The notes: generated from the letters alone by a model not told the origin. A stretch of 64,000 bases of DNA from Clostridia bacterium (GCA_036654235.1 JAVVSK010000005.1:31650-95649), one strand, 5' to 3'; shown: positions 30,660-40,884, counted from the first letter of the stretch. Translations and numbers: made by a program.

Positions 30660-30935
30660 ATGACATTGACAGAAGAAAAAGAATGGCTGGATCAAAAGTT
30701 GGCATTCTTGTTTTCGGACAACAATATTGATAACCGCCTTTCCGTCTTAACTTACGCTTATTTTGACACTCATAATAATGGCGTTATCAGTGCAATGAAA
30801 TGGCGCGCCGGATTTGAACCGGATTCGCCGCGTATTAAACTTTTTCGAAGAAAATTCGCTTTAAAGGATGATATTTCGCGCGCCATAGATGTTTACGAAG
30901 AAATAATTTCCTTAAATGAAGACGATGAACTATAA
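30660..30935 (+). CDS. Hypothetical small acidic protein (91 aa)
   Basis: ORF only. Followed by the palindrome AAAGTGAC-attaat-GTCACTTT (30937-30958). No family recognised. Confidence 0.4.
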   Translation: MTLTEEKEWLDQKLAFLFSDNNIDNRLSVLTYAYFDTHNNGVISAMKWRAGFEPDSPRIKLFRRKFALKDDISRAIDVYEEIISLNEDDEL

Positions 30936-31025
30936 AAAAGTGACATTAATGTCACTTTAGTGTCCTCGTAACAGACAACTCTGGCACGATATTAGATCAC
31001 ACTATCTAAAGCCATATGAGGTAAT

Positions 31026-32183
31026 ATGAAACGGGTAATATTGATAATTTTAGACGGAGTTGGAATAGGTGCGCTTCCGGATGCCGCCGCGTTTTCGGAC
31101 GAGGGAGCGCACACTCTTTTTACGGTTTTGTCAAGTGAACCACAGCTTCATCTTGAAACGATGTGTTCCCTCGGTCTTGCCAAAATAAGCGGTTCTCGAA
31201 TTGAGTCGTCAACTCAAGTGCGAAACGGGGCTATGTTCGGGCGTGCTGCAGAGCAAAGTGCTGGGAAAGATACGGTTTCCGGGCATTTCGAGATTATGGG
31301 TTGTATAAACAAGAGACCGTTTAAAACCTTTCCGAATGGCTTTCCCCGTGATTTTTTAGATGAATTTGAAAAAAAAATAGACACGAAAACTTTAGGAAAC
31401 GAGGTCGCTTCCGGAACGGAAATAATAGAGCGACTTGGAGATAAACATATGCAAACCGGCTTTCCGATAGTTTACACCTCTGCTGATAGCGTTTTTCAAA
31501 TTGCTATGCATGAAGAAATAATTTCGCTCAAAAGGCAATATGAAATATCAAAAATCGCCCGTGAAATGCTGATTGGCGATATGCTGACCTGTCGTGTTAT
31601 AATGCGCCCATTTTCGGGAAAAAATGGCAAATATATGCGCACGGCAAATCGACGCGACTTTGCTATTCCCCCACCCTATGAAACGGTACTTGACGCGCTA
31701 ACCGAAAAAGGATATAAAACCTGCGCGATAGGTAAAATAGAAGATATTTTTTCGGGACACGGAATAAGCTTTAGCGACCATACTACTAACAATGCAGACG
31801 GCATAGACGCAATATTGAAATATATGGAGAACGGAAACTTTGATTTTATATTCGCTAATTTAGTTGATTTTGATATGCTTTATGGACATAGGAACGATCC
31901 GCATGGCTTCGCTTTAGCGCTTTCCTACTTTGATGAAAAGCTAAAAAAAATACTTAATATCATGACGGTCGACGACCTTTTGATAATAACCGCTGATCAT
32001 GGATGCGATCCAACACCTAAAACGACGGATCATACACGCGAATATATCCCAATACTGACTTACCGTAAAACATCGGAATTTGCTGTTTGTTTGCCGGATT
32101 CTCCAACATACGCAGATATAGGAGCATCGGCATATAAATATCTTACGGGTGCAAATTTCCCAATAGGCAAATCTTTTTTATAA
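31026..32183 (+). CDS. deoB: Phosphopentomutase
   Basis: VILIILDGVGIGALPDA...SGHFEIMG...TADHGCDPT are metalloenzyme motifs of DeoB. Confidence 0.9.
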   Translation: MKRVILIILDGVGIGALPDAAAFSDEGAHTLFTVLSSEPQLHLETMCSLGLAKISGSRIESSTQVRNGAMFGRAAEQSAGKDTVSGHFEIMGCINKRPFKTFPNGFPRDFLDEFEKKIDTKTLGNEVASGTEIIERLGDKHMQTGFPIVYTSADSVFQIAMHEEIISLKRQYEISKIAREMLIGDMLTCRVIMRPFSGKNGKYMRTANRRDFAIPPPYETVLDALTEKGYKTCAIGKIEDIFSGHGISFSDHTTNNADGIDAILKYMENGNFDFIFANLVDFDMLYGHRNDPHGFALALSYFDEKLKKILNIMTVDDLLIITADHGCDPTPKTTDHTREYIPILTYRKTSEFAVCLPDSPTYADIGASAYKYLTGANFPIGKSFL

Positions 32184-32312
32184 TAACAATACATGAATAA
32201 AGCATAGCAATCAAGTTAAACCGTATTTGGTTACTATGCTTATTCCAATATAAAACAACACCTAGAACGGTTCTATATTTTCCCAACTTGTATTAGCTGG
32301 ATCGGTTCAAAG

Positions 32313-33023
32313 TCATTTATAGTCTTTTCCCATAAATAATTCTATTTCTTCATGTGTCAAAAAGCGCCATTCGCCGGCGCGAAGACCGCTTAGCCGAAGT
32401 TTGCCAATAGCGACACGCCTAAGTCGCAATGTTCTATGACCAACAGCATCCATCATTCGACGTACCTGACGATTTCGTCCTTCTCGTATCGTTATATAAA
32501 GAGCCGTTCTTCCTTCCTTTATATAGGAAATTTCAACCGTTGCCGGTAATGTCATTCCGTCGTCTAGCATAACCCCCGCTCTTAGTTTTTCACATTCTGA
32601 ACGCAAAAGATCGCCCTCAATAAGAGCCTTATAGGTTTTTTCAATCTGATAGCGCGGATGCATTAGTTTATTCGCAAATTCACCGTCGTTCGTAAAGAGT
32701 AAAAGACCCTCCGAATTATAATCCAACCTCCCGACATTATAGAGACGATATGGCAATTCAGTAAAAAATTCAGAAGTGTTTCGCCGTCCCTCAGGATCTC
32801 CATTGCTAGAAATAACACCCATGGGTTTATTTAGCATTATAACTACGAGTTCTTCTTGTCTCTTAAGTATAGTCCCATCAAACTCGACTATATCAGATTC
32901 CTCAACGCTGCTACCTATAGAAGCGATTACGCCGTTAACTCGAACGAGACCGCTTTCAATGTATTCTTCGCATTTTCTTCGGGAGGCAACGCCCGCCTCT
33001 GCCATAAACTTTTGTAATCTCAT
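32313..33023 (-). CDS. RsuA/RluB-family pseudouridine synthase (S4 domain + catalytic domain)
   Basis: MRLQKFMAEAGVASRRKCEEYI (S4 domain) and NVGRLDYNSEGLLLFTNDG (catalytic Asp motif). The track ORF is 12 codons longer. Confidence 0.85.
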   Translation of the reverse strand: MRLQKFMAEAGVASRRKCEEYIESGLVRVNGVIASIGSSVEESDIVEFDGTILKRQEELVVIMLNKPMGVISSNGDPEGRRNTSEFFTELPYRLYNVGRLDYNSEGLLLFTNDGEFANKLMHPRYQIEKTYKALIEGDLLRSECEKLRAGVMLDDGMTLPATVEISYIKEGRTALYITIREGRNRQVRRMMDAVGHRTLRLRRVAIGKLRLSGLRAGEWRFLTHEEIELFMGKDYK

Positions 33024-33161
33024 AAACCAACTTTCGCCGATTCGCAGCATATAGCGCAAATCGGCATTTTCATTTTATTTTTATGCATTTTTTAAGTCGG
33101 AAGCAATAACTTAATTCTTAATAAATCTGTTTTCAGATTTTAAAAAAATGGGTATTATCTA

Positions 33162-34280
33162 CTATACCCAAAGTTCGAACATTTTTTTGATATAATATTC
33201 AAACGTGAACGGCAAAACGTCTTCATTGGCAACAAGGTCAGCCTCCGCTATCAGGTTATTTCCCTCGTACAATGAAAGCTTCCCCAAAACGTCGCCCTTT
33301 TTAACAGGGGCGGTTATTTTGCTTTGTATATTGATATCCGAACGAAGCTCGATCCCGTTCTCTTTCTTTACGGGTATTATTATATCGCTTTTTGACGATA
33401 ATTCCAACACCTTTTTTTCGCTTCCGATTACCTGTGTCCGCGCAATTGTCGTTCCGTTGCGCACTAAGGTATATAAGCTATAATTTTCAAACCCATAATC
33501 AAGTATCTTTATGGCATCTGGAAACATATCTGGACAGTTTAAAACCACGCCGATTATAGTCATACCGTCACGTGTTGCGGAAAATACGAGGCATTTCCCG
33601 GCTTGCAGAGTGTAACCCGTTTTTACGCCGTTCGCACCTTCATATTCGAAGAGAAGCTTGTTTTTATTTTGCATAGTTCGCGCAATCTCTCCCGTTGTAG
33701 CAGTATAATATTTTGTGGATATGATTTCGTTGAATTTATCGTATTCCATAGCCTTTGCTGTTATAAGTGCGAAATCATATGCTGTAGTATAATGCTTCTC
33801 TGAGGGAAGTCCGTTGGCGTTTGAAAAATTAGTGTTCAGGGCACCAATAGCTTTTGCTTCCTCGTTCATAAGCGTGGCGAATTTTTCAACGTTCCCCGAA
33901 ATATGACATGCTATTGCGACAGCCGCGTCGTTTCCTGAACGCAGTAAAAGACCATATAGTAGGTCGTTTAAACTTATGCGCTCGTTCTTTTTAAGGTATA
34001 TGCTCGATCCTTCGATACCATATGCCTCGTCCGCCGTCGTAACAATAGAATCCGTATTTCCATATTTAAGTGCGACATAGGCGGTCATTATTTTTGTCGT
34101 ACTTGCCATAGGGAGTTCTGTATGCGCAGATTTATAATATAAAACCTTGCGTGTATTTGCTTCTATCAGTACGGCAGACTGAGCGGTTACAGTTAGTTCG
34201 TTCTTAACAGCGTAAGCTTGCGGCATTGACATAAATAAAAAAAACAGAGCCAATGCCGTGCTCATCATAGCGCGGCGCAT
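33162..34280 (-). CDS. D-alanyl-D-alanine carboxypeptidase (S11, DacB/DacF-like)
   Basis: Signal peptide, then ASTTKIMT (SxxK), RSGND (SxN) and KTGYT (KTG). Confidence 0.88.
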   Translation of the reverse strand: MRRAMMSTALALFFLFMSMPQAYAVKNELTVTAQSAVLIEANTRKVLYYKSAHTELPMASTTKIMTAYVALKYGNTDSIVTTADEAYGIEGSSIYLKKNERISLNDLLYGLLLRSGNDAAVAIACHISGNVEKFATLMNEEAKAIGALNTNFSNANGLPSEKHYTTAYDFALITAKAMEYDKFNEIISTKYYTATTGEIARTMQNKNKLLFEYEGANGVKTGYTLQAGKCLVFSATRDGMTIIGVVLNCPDMFPDAIKILDYGFENYSLYTLVRNGTTIARTQVIGSEKKVLELSSKSDIIIPVKKENGIELRSDINIQSKITAPVKKGDVLGKLSLYEGNNLIAEADLVANEDVLPFTFEYYIKKMFELWV

Positions 34281-34281
34281 C

Positions 34282-34686
34282 TCAGTTTACCCTTTCGGAC
34301 TTTTTAGGACGCGAAAAGCTTGCCAACAATGTTGGAAGCTGTTCTATAATCCTGTCGAAGCTGCAATCGTAATGCGCGGGGATAACGTTTACAACTCCGT
34401 TATTCACGTATAGGAACGCCTGTGGTGTAAGGCTCATACCCGCAACGGCGGTTCCCGCGAACGGAAAACGCGCGTCTTGCGCATCTTCATTCTTTCCGCT
34501 CTCTTTAACCGGAGCCGCCGTCCCATATTCGCCGCCGCCGGACAAAAATCCAAGGCTAACTTTACTGACCGGAAGTATCATTGTTTCGCCGCTGGTTTTT
34601 ATTGGGGCTCCGACGATAGTGTTTACATCAACCATTTCTTTGATTTGTTCAATGCTGGACTTCATAAGATTTTCTATCGGATGCAT
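34282..34686 (-). CDS. ytfJ: Sporulation protein YtfJ (GerW family)
   Basis: ...VDVNTIVGAPIKTSGETMILPVSKVSLGFLSGGGEY... is the typical YtfJ/GerW core. Confidence 0.8.
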   Translation of the reverse strand: MHPIENLMKSSIEQIKEMVDVNTIVGAPIKTSGETMILPVSKVSLGFLSGGGEYGTAAPVKESGKNEDAQDARFPFAGTAVAGMSLTPQAFLYVNNGVVNVIPAHYDCSFDRIIEQLPTLLASFSRPKKSERVN

Positions 34687-35215
34687 TTGTTTTTCTCCCT
34701 TTTATAAATGATGTTATCACGTTTCCAATAATATGCGTAGGAAAGATTGTAAATATTCCTTCCATATTTAAACAAAAAATATTTTTTGTAAAGCTCGGGC
34801 GCACTATCGCCTTTGCATTGCAATCATAATATATCATTATTAGGTTATCAATAAAAATTTTAATTATTCCGGCAAGAAAAACCGTTTTAAAGGCATCGTC
34901 GCAAACTCCAACCGCGCCACAAACGAAAATCTTATTTAGCTTGAGCCATGATTTAATCGGCAAAAGTGATATCTTTTTTTGTTTTATTTTAAAAAGATCA
35001 TCTAGCGTGAATATTTTTACTTCAGCACCATTTCGTTTTACACGTGCCAAAAAAAATTCATTTCCGATTTTATAGTAAAGTTTAAAACGTAGAGTTATGC
35101 CTAAAATTTTCAAATTAATACGCGAAACATTGCCAAACAGCTTTAAGCTAAGGCTGATTTTTTTCGGGAAAAGTATTAAAATTATAATTATTGCGATTAT
35201 TACGGCAGCTTTCAT
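34649..35215 (-). CDS. DUF2953 / YtfI-like membrane protein
   Basis: N-terminal TM. Sits immediately upstream of, and overlaps, ytfJ, as in ytfI-ytfJ pairs. The sequence-level call is weak. Confidence 0.5.
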   Translation of the reverse strand: MKAAVIIAIIIILILFPKKISLSLKLFGNVSRINLKILGITLRFKLYYKIGNEFFLARVKRNGAEVKIFTLDDLFKIKQKKISLLPIKSWLKLNKIFVCGAVGVCDDAFKTVFLAGIIKIFIDNLIMIYYDCNAKAIVRPSFTKNIFCLNMEGIFTIFPTHIIGNVITSFIKGRKTNASDRKSYEVQH

Positions 35216-35270
35216 GCTTACAATTATTGACGCATTAAGAATAAGTAAACAATAAACTTTACGGAATAAC

Positions 35271-35299
35271 TTGCTTTTTATGTAATAATATGGTAAAAT
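35271..35299 (+). promoter_or_regulatory. Sigma-A-type promoter (extended -10) for aqpZ
   Basis: TTGCTT, 17 nt spacer ending in TGg, TAAAAT. A 9-bp hairpin GATTTGATA/TATCAAATC follows in the leader. Confidence 0.5.
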
Positions 35300-35356
35300 G
35301 ACATATGGATTTGATAGGAATTATATCAAATCAAATAATAAAAGGTGGTAAAGTAA

Positions 35357-36061
35357 ATGAAAAAGTATTTGGCTGAATTTATCGGCACTTTTGTGTTAGT
35401 CGTTTTTGGCTGCGGTTCGGCGGTTGCCGCTAATACGCTCCTTGGAACGACATCGTTTTCGTCTCCACTTGCGCTGTCAACGCTATTGATAGCTTTTGCG
35501 TTCGGACTTACGATTATAGCTATGGCATATTCTATAGGCAATATTTCAGGTTGTCATGTCAATCCCGCCGTCTCCCTAGCTATGCTTATAAACGGCAAGC
35601 TATCTATAATGGATTTTATAGGTTACATAATTGCGCAGTTTGCGGGTGGTATAGCCGGTGCCGGACTTTTGACTTATTTATTTGGAAGTAACGCTGCATT
35701 GGGGGCAAACGGCTTTGGTGCGCTATCGGCTCTCGGTATTGACATGTGGCAGGCTATAGTTGTCGAAATTGTTCTTACCTTTGTTTTTGTAATAACGATT
35801 TTAGGTGTCACATCAAAAACCGAAAATACACCTACCTGTGGTTTAGTTATCGGCTTCACTCTCACCCTAGTTCACATTTTGGGTATTCCATTTACCGGAA
35901 CATCTGTCAATCCGGCACGCAGCTTCGGACCTGCCCTGCTTTCTGGCGGTCAATCTTTAAGTCAGGTTTGGGTATTCATACTTGCGCCGCTTTTCGGAGC
36001 AGCTCTCGCGGCATTTTGTTATAAATTTTTATCATCGAAAAAAGCAGCTAAGAAAGTTTAA
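35357..36061 (+). CDS. aqpZ: Aquaporin Z (MIP family channel)
   Basis: Two NPA boxes (HVNPAVS, SVNPARS) and six TM segments. Confidence 0.9.
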   Translation: MKKYLAEFIGTFVLVVFGCGSAVAANTLLGTTSFSSPLALSTLLIAFAFGLTIIAMAYSIGNISGCHVNPAVSLAMLINGKLSIMDFIGYIIAQFAGGIAGAGLLTYLFGSNAALGANGFGALSALGIDMWQAIVVEIVLTFVFVITILGVTSKTENTPTCGLVIGFTLTLVHILGIPFTGTSVNPARSFGPALLSGGQSLSQVWVFILAPLFGAALAAFCYKFLSSKKAAKKV

Positions 36062-36116
36062 TAGACCTCAACCGTATTCCAATTTTTAGAAAGCATAATT
36101 AAGTTAACAAATCAAG

Positions 36117-36160
36117 AAGGCTTGTTGTTGATAAATAACTGACGACAAGCCTTTTAGTTT
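36117..36160 (+). terminator. Rho-independent terminator after aqpZ
   Basis: AAGGCTTGTTGT...ACGACAAGCCTT stem followed by TTAGTTTT. Confidence 0.65.
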
Positions 36161-36697
36161 TATGTTTTACTGTCTATCAAATAAAATAATTTGTATTTAT
36201 CGCTATGCAATGCGAGATATTTGATGTATTCCTGTAGATTGCATAAATTTTCACTTGAAAGCTATACATGTTTCAAAGAAAGCAATATTAAATTGGATAA
36301 GCTCTTGAATCAATTAAAAAATTGCCGTATAATGTTAGGTATTGTTTTATCGGTATGGAAACTGTTTACTTTGGGATCGTTGTAATTGAGATTGGGAAAA
36401 TGATACTATAGAATAAAGTTAAAGCGTTATTTAAATAATGCATATAAATAGATTGGATTAAAATCTTATCTAACAATTTTAATATATTTTCTAATTATTC
36501 TAGAAATTAACTTATAGATAAGGCATTTAAGCCAAAAATGGATTATAATAAACGTCGGTAGGAAAATGTAAAATATAATCTGCCATACGGGTATTGACGA
36601 CAACCGTACGTCTATCTGAAAACTGCTCCTCCAACCTTCCGGTAAAATTAGTGACGCCTTTTGTCATAGGTCTTCGCTAATATCGACGACCTAGGGA

Positions 36698-36727
36698 TTG
36701 ACATAATGGCTACTAAGACGGTATTAT
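36698..36727 (+). promoter_or_regulatory. Sigma-A-type promoter for the fnl/cap operon
   Basis: TTGACA, 18 nt spacer, TATTAT, about 30 nt upstream of ATG 36759 (RBS GGGAG). Confidence 0.45.
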
Positions 36728-36758
36728 CTTAAAACCTTGTACATTAGGGAGAATTTAT

Positions 36759-37805
36759 ATGAATAATTTTTCAAATAAAACACTACTAATCACCGGCGGC
36801 ACCGGTTCATTCGGCAACGCAATATTAAACCGTTTTTTAGCCACCAATATTGCCGAAATCCGAATTTTTAGTCGCGATGAAAAAAAACAAGACGATATGC
36901 GCCATGAATTTCAGGCGAATATGCCTAATGCATCTGATAAAATTAAGTTTTTTATAGGAGACGTTCGTGACTTAGCCTCTGTAAAAAACGCAATACATGA
37001 CGTTGACTATATATTCCATGCGGCGGCGCTGAAGCAAGTACCCTCTTGTGAATTTTTCCCAATTGAGGCTGTTAAAACCAATGTGTTGGGCACTGATAAC
37101 GTGCTCACTGCCGCTATTGACGAGGGCGTTAAGACTGTCATTTGCCTTTCAACTGATAAGGCTGCATATCCAGTAAACGCTATGGGAACGAGTAAAGCGA
37201 TGATGGAAAAGGTAATCGTTGCAAAAAGTCGTACTGTTTTGCCTAATAAAACGAAAATCTGCTGTACACGCTATGGCAATGTAATGTGCAGTCGTGGTTC
37301 TGTCATTCCTCTTTGGATAGATCAGATTAAAGCCGCCAAACCCATAACAATTACCGAGCCAAAAATGACACGTTTCATAATGTCCCTTGATGAAGCTGTT
37401 GATCTTGTTTTATTCGCATTTGAAAATGGGACGAGCGGAGATATACTTGTTCAGAAAGCTCCGGCTTGCACAATCGGTATTCTTGCACAGGCGGTAAAAG
37501 AACTTTTTCATTCTAATGACGATATTAAAGTCATAGGTATTCGTCACGGAGAGAAGATGTATGAAACGCTTTTAACTAACGAAGAATGTGCGCACGCAAC
37601 GGATATGGGCAATTTTTACCGTGTTCCCTGCGATAAGCGCGATTTAAATTATGATAAGTTCTTCAATAATGGGGATATCGAAAGAAATACGCTTACTGAG
37701 TTTAATTCAAATAATACTGATTTGCTGAGTGTTGAGCAGGTTAAGGAGAAACTTTGTACGCTTCGGTATATTCGAGACGAAATTGCAGCTTGGGAGAGTA
37801 AATAA
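36759..37805 (+). CDS. fnlA: UDP-N-acetylglucosamine 4,6-dehydratase/5-epimerase (FnlA / Cap5E / WbjB type)
   Basis: LLITGGTGSFGNA...IRIFSRDEKKQDDMR...FHAAALKQVPSCEFFP.EAVKTN...STDKAAYPVNAMG.SKAMMEK is near-collinear with S. aureus Cap5E as I recall it. Confidence 0.92.
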   Translation: MNNFSNKTLLITGGTGSFGNAILNRFLATNIAEIRIFSRDEKKQDDMRHEFQANMPNASDKIKFFIGDVRDLASVKNAIHDVDYIFHAAALKQVPSCEFFPIEAVKTNVLGTDNVLTAAIDEGVKTVICLSTDKAAYPVNAMGTSKAMMEKVIVAKSRTVLPNKTKICCTRYGNVMCSRGSVIPLWIDQIKAAKPITITEPKMTRFIMSLDEAVDLVLFAFENGTSGDILVQKAPACTIGILAQAVKELFHSNDDIKVIGIRHGEKMYETLLTNEECAHATDMGNFYRVPCDKRDLNYDKFFNNGDIERNTLTEFNSNNTDLLSVEQVKEKLCTLRYIRDEIAAWESK

Positions 37806-37806
37806 G

Positions 37807-38982
37807 ATGAAAATTCTAGTAACAGGATCAAAAGGCTTCGTTGGTAAAAACTTTTGTGCAACGCTAAATAATATAAAAGATGGAAAAGATAAGAGCTATA
37901 CCCTGGAATCAAATCTGACAATATATGAATATGATTTGGATACAGATCCCTCATTACTGGATGAGTTTTGCCGCGATTGTGATTTTGTTTTCCATCTCGC
38001 GGGAGTAAATCGTCCAAAAGATCAATCGGAGTTTATGACTGGCAACTTCGGTTTTACCTCGACTTTGCTCAATACATTAAAAGAACATAAAAATAAAGCT
38101 CCGGTTCTGATAACCTCGTCGATTCAGGCGGCTCTGGATAATCCTTATGGACAATCCAAAAAAGCCGGCGAAGATTTAATGCTTACTTATAGTAAGGAAA
38201 CTGGCGCTCCTATATTTATCTATCGTTTTCCTAACGTTTTCGGAAAATGGTGCAGACCGAATTATAACTCTGCCGTTGCAACTTTCTGCAATAATATTGC
38301 TAACGATATACCAATTACGGTCAATGATCGAAGCATAAACATGACGTTGGTTTACATTGATGATGTTATCGCGGAATTGATTGCCGCACTAAAAGGCGAG
38401 GCGAATAAAGTCGGAGAATACTTCAAAATCCCTGTTGAATATAAAGCCACTCTCGGCGAAATAGTCGATTTACTATATAGTTTCAAAGCAAGCCGAACTG
38501 TTGAGGGGAGTGGGAAACTTTCTATTCCTAATATGCGCGATGGGTTTTCTAAAAAGCTTTATGCTACTTATTTATCATACCTGCCTACCGATGCGTTCGC
38601 TTATGATTTAAAAATGAACTGCGATATGCGCGGCAGCTTTACCGAAATAATTCGTACAATCGACCGAGGGCAATTTTCCGTTAACGTTTCAAGACCCGGA
38701 ATAACAAAAGGTAACCACTGGCACAATACTAAAAATGAAAAATTTGTTGTCGTAAGTGGAAAAGGCGTAATTCGTTTCCGAAAGATTGGGATTGACGAAA
38801 ACGGCGAAAAACATCCGGTAATAGAGTATTTTGTAGACGGTGAGCATATTAAAGTCGTTGATATTCCGACAGGATATACACATAATATTGAGAATCTCGG
38901 CGAACATGATATGGTAACATTCATGTGGTGCAACGAATGCTTTGACCCGGAAAAACCGGATACATTTTTTGAGGAGGTCTAA
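37807..38982 (+). CDS. fnlB: UDP-2-acetamido-2,6-dideoxy-hexulose reductase/epimerase (FnlB / Cap5F / WbjC type; SDR + cupin)
   Basis: MKILVTGSKGFVGKN Rossmann N-terminus and C-terminal cupin (GNHWHNTKNEKF). ATG 37807 lies 1 nt after the fnlA stop; the track ORF starts 26 codons earlier inside fnlA. Confidence 0.88.
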   Translation: MKILVTGSKGFVGKNFCATLNNIKDGKDKSYTLESNLTIYEYDLDTDPSLLDEFCRDCDFVFHLAGVNRPKDQSEFMTGNFGFTSTLLNTLKEHKNKAPVLITSSIQAALDNPYGQSKKAGEDLMLTYSKETGAPIFIYRFPNVFGKWCRPNYNSAVATFCNNIANDIPITVNDRSINMTLVYIDDVIAELIAALKGEANKVGEYFKIPVEYKATLGEIVDLLYSFKASRTVEGSGKLSIPNMRDGFSKKLYATYLSYLPTDAFAYDLKMNCDMRGSFTEIIRTIDRGQFSVNVSRPGITKGNHWHNTKNEKFVVVSGKGVIRFRKIGIDENGEKHPVIEYFVDGEHIKVVDIPTGYTHNIENLGEHDMVTFMWCNECFDPEKPDTFFEEV

Positions 38983-38984
38983 AA

Positions 38985-40127
38985 ATGTCAAAGTTAAAAT
39001 TGATGACTATAGTAGGAACGCGTCCGGAGATAATTCGCCTTGCTGCCGTTATAAAAAAATGCGATATATATTTTGAACAAATTTTAGTCCATACAGGTCA
39101 AAATTATGATTATGAGCTTAACCAAGTTTTTTTTGACGATCTCGGACTACGCGCTCCAAACTTTTTCCTTGATGCGGTAGGCTCCGACTTAGGTGAAACA
39201 ATAGGCAATATTATAGCAAAAGCATATAAACTGCTCTCGGATCAAAAGCCGGATGCTCTTCTTATCTTAGGTGATACAAATTCATGCCTTTCGGCGATTT
39301 CAGCAAAGAGACTGCATATACCAATTTTTCACATGGAAGCCGGGAATCGTTGTTTTGACGAATGCCTGCCCGAAGAGACAAATCGCCGAATTGTTGACCA
39401 TATTGCCGACATAAATATGTGCTACAGTGAACATGCGCGGCGTTATTTGAATTCGGAGGGAACGGCTAAAGAGCGAACCTATGTCACCGGTTCGCCAATG
39501 GCTGAGGTGTTGCAAGCTAATTTTGAGCAGATTGAAGCGTCTGACGTTCTAACACGTTTAGGGCTGAAAAAAAGAAAATACATTCTCTTGTCCGCACATC
39601 GCGAAGAAAATATTGATACTGAAAAAAACTTTTTCTCACTAATGAATGCTATAAACGCAATGGCTGAAAAATATGATATGCCAATACTTTATTCTTGCCA
39701 CCCTCGGAGTGCAAGCTATATAGAAAAACGTGGTTTTATTTTTGATAGGCGAGTTATCCAAAATAAACCACTTGGATTTCACGACTATAATAAATTGCAA
39801 ATGAATGCCTATGCTGTCGTATCCGATAGCGGAACTTTACCTGAGGAAAGCAGCTATTTTTTATCGGTTGGAAATCCAATACCGGCGGTTTGTATTCGTA
39901 CGTCAACAGAACGCCCGGAAGCCCTCGATAAGGGGAACTTCATAATTGCCGGCATAACGACTGAACAGGTTTTAAAGGCTGTCGATACGGCTGTTGCAAT
40001 GAACAATAATAAGGATTATGGCATTCCCGTACCTAACTATATGGATGAAAACGTCAGCACAAAGGTTGTAAAAATTATCCAAAGCTATACGGGAATAGTA
40101 AATAAAATGGTTTGGAGAAAAGATTGA
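38985..40127 (+). CDS. fnlC: UDP-N-acetylglucosamine 2-epimerase, non-hydrolysing (FnlC / Cap5G / WbjD type)
   Basis: MTIVGTRPEIIRL...HTGQNYDYELN...GDTNS...HMEAGNRCFD...PEE.NRR are WecB-family motifs. Confidence 0.9.
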   Translation: MSKLKLMTIVGTRPEIIRLAAVIKKCDIYFEQILVHTGQNYDYELNQVFFDDLGLRAPNFFLDAVGSDLGETIGNIIAKAYKLLSDQKPDALLILGDTNSCLSAISAKRLHIPIFHMEAGNRCFDECLPEETNRRIVDHIADINMCYSEHARRYLNSEGTAKERTYVTGSPMAEVLQANFEQIEASDVLTRLGLKKRKYILLSAHREENIDTEKNFFSLMNAINAMAEKYDMPILYSCHPRSASYIEKRGFIFDRRVIQNKPLGFHDYNKLQMNAYAVVSDSGTLPEESSYFLSVGNPIPAVCIRTSTERPEALDKGNFIIAGITTEQVLKAVDTAVAMNNNKDYGIPVPNYMDENVSTKVVKIIQSYTGIVNKMVWRKD

Positions 40128-40149
40128 AAAAATATTTCTATGGGTTTTT

Positions 40150-40402
40150 ACAATCTCATTTAGGGGCTTGATTGTTTTCTCCGCATAACAAACGCCGGAA
40201 TCGGCTAAATTTAACTGAATGATTAAGGAGACGATGCTGGAAAGTGTACCGTCTTATTATAAGTTACCGCCGGAAGAGCAGGAGGGAATCCAAAGCTTTA
40301 CTTTTTTCGTATTTTTACTTTTATTATTGTAATAGCTATTTGCATCGTCTATGCGGTAACCGACAAACTGCATCAGGGAATTTTTTCGGAAGGCAGAGCT
40401 TA
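40150..40402 (+). pseudogene. VanZ-like gene remnant, disrupted by stops and frameshifts
   Basis: Fragments in different frames: ...LIVFSA*QTPESAKFN*, MLESVPSYYKLPPEEQEGIQSFTFFVFLLLLL*, and IAICIVYAVTDKLHQGIFSEGRA*. The last resembles the VanZ YA-x-x-DE-x-HQ-x-F-x-x-GR motif. Confidence 0.45.
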
Positions 40403-40821
40403 GAAAAATGAAAAAAGATTTTTATCTATGGAAAGTGAAAAAACATCAGACACAAAACTTAAATTGCTCCCCCAATAACTATGCGTTTTCAAACAGATCT
40501 GAAAACAACCGACGTAAAAGCTATTCTGCCTACGTTCAAATCTTTTCCCCACTTTATTTTTGTGTATTTGCCAAAATTTATGATACAGCTTTCACAACCT
40601 TCTTGTTCACTTTGGCAGCATCATATTTTCCAGCAGGATATGCGCAAAATTAGTTTTATATGCCCAACGACTGAACCTTATAGCGCTATTGTCTCCGCTA
40701 ATGATAACGCCGACAACTTAGCAAAATCCAGGCAAATCATTAGGAATTCTTAAAAATAAAAAATCAACCTTATCCAAGGAACGGTTATCCCTTTTTTATG
40801 CCCATTTTTTGATCTTTTCGA

Positions 40822-40851
40822 TTGCTTTTATCCATGAAATAATACTATAAT
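40822..40851 (+). promoter_or_regulatory. Sigma-A-type promoter upstream of nadK
   Basis: TTGCTT, 18 nt spacer, TATAAT. Confidence 0.4.
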
Positions 40852-40884
40852 AGGTAGAATGAATGTTTTGCATTTATTAACTTG

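Noticed and set aside
40408-40753. Two overlapping plus-strand ORFs (81 and 90 aa) in the fnlC-nadK gap.
   Set aside because: They overlap each other in different frames, lack an RBS, and have implausible composition. The region is better explained as decayed remnants (see finding).
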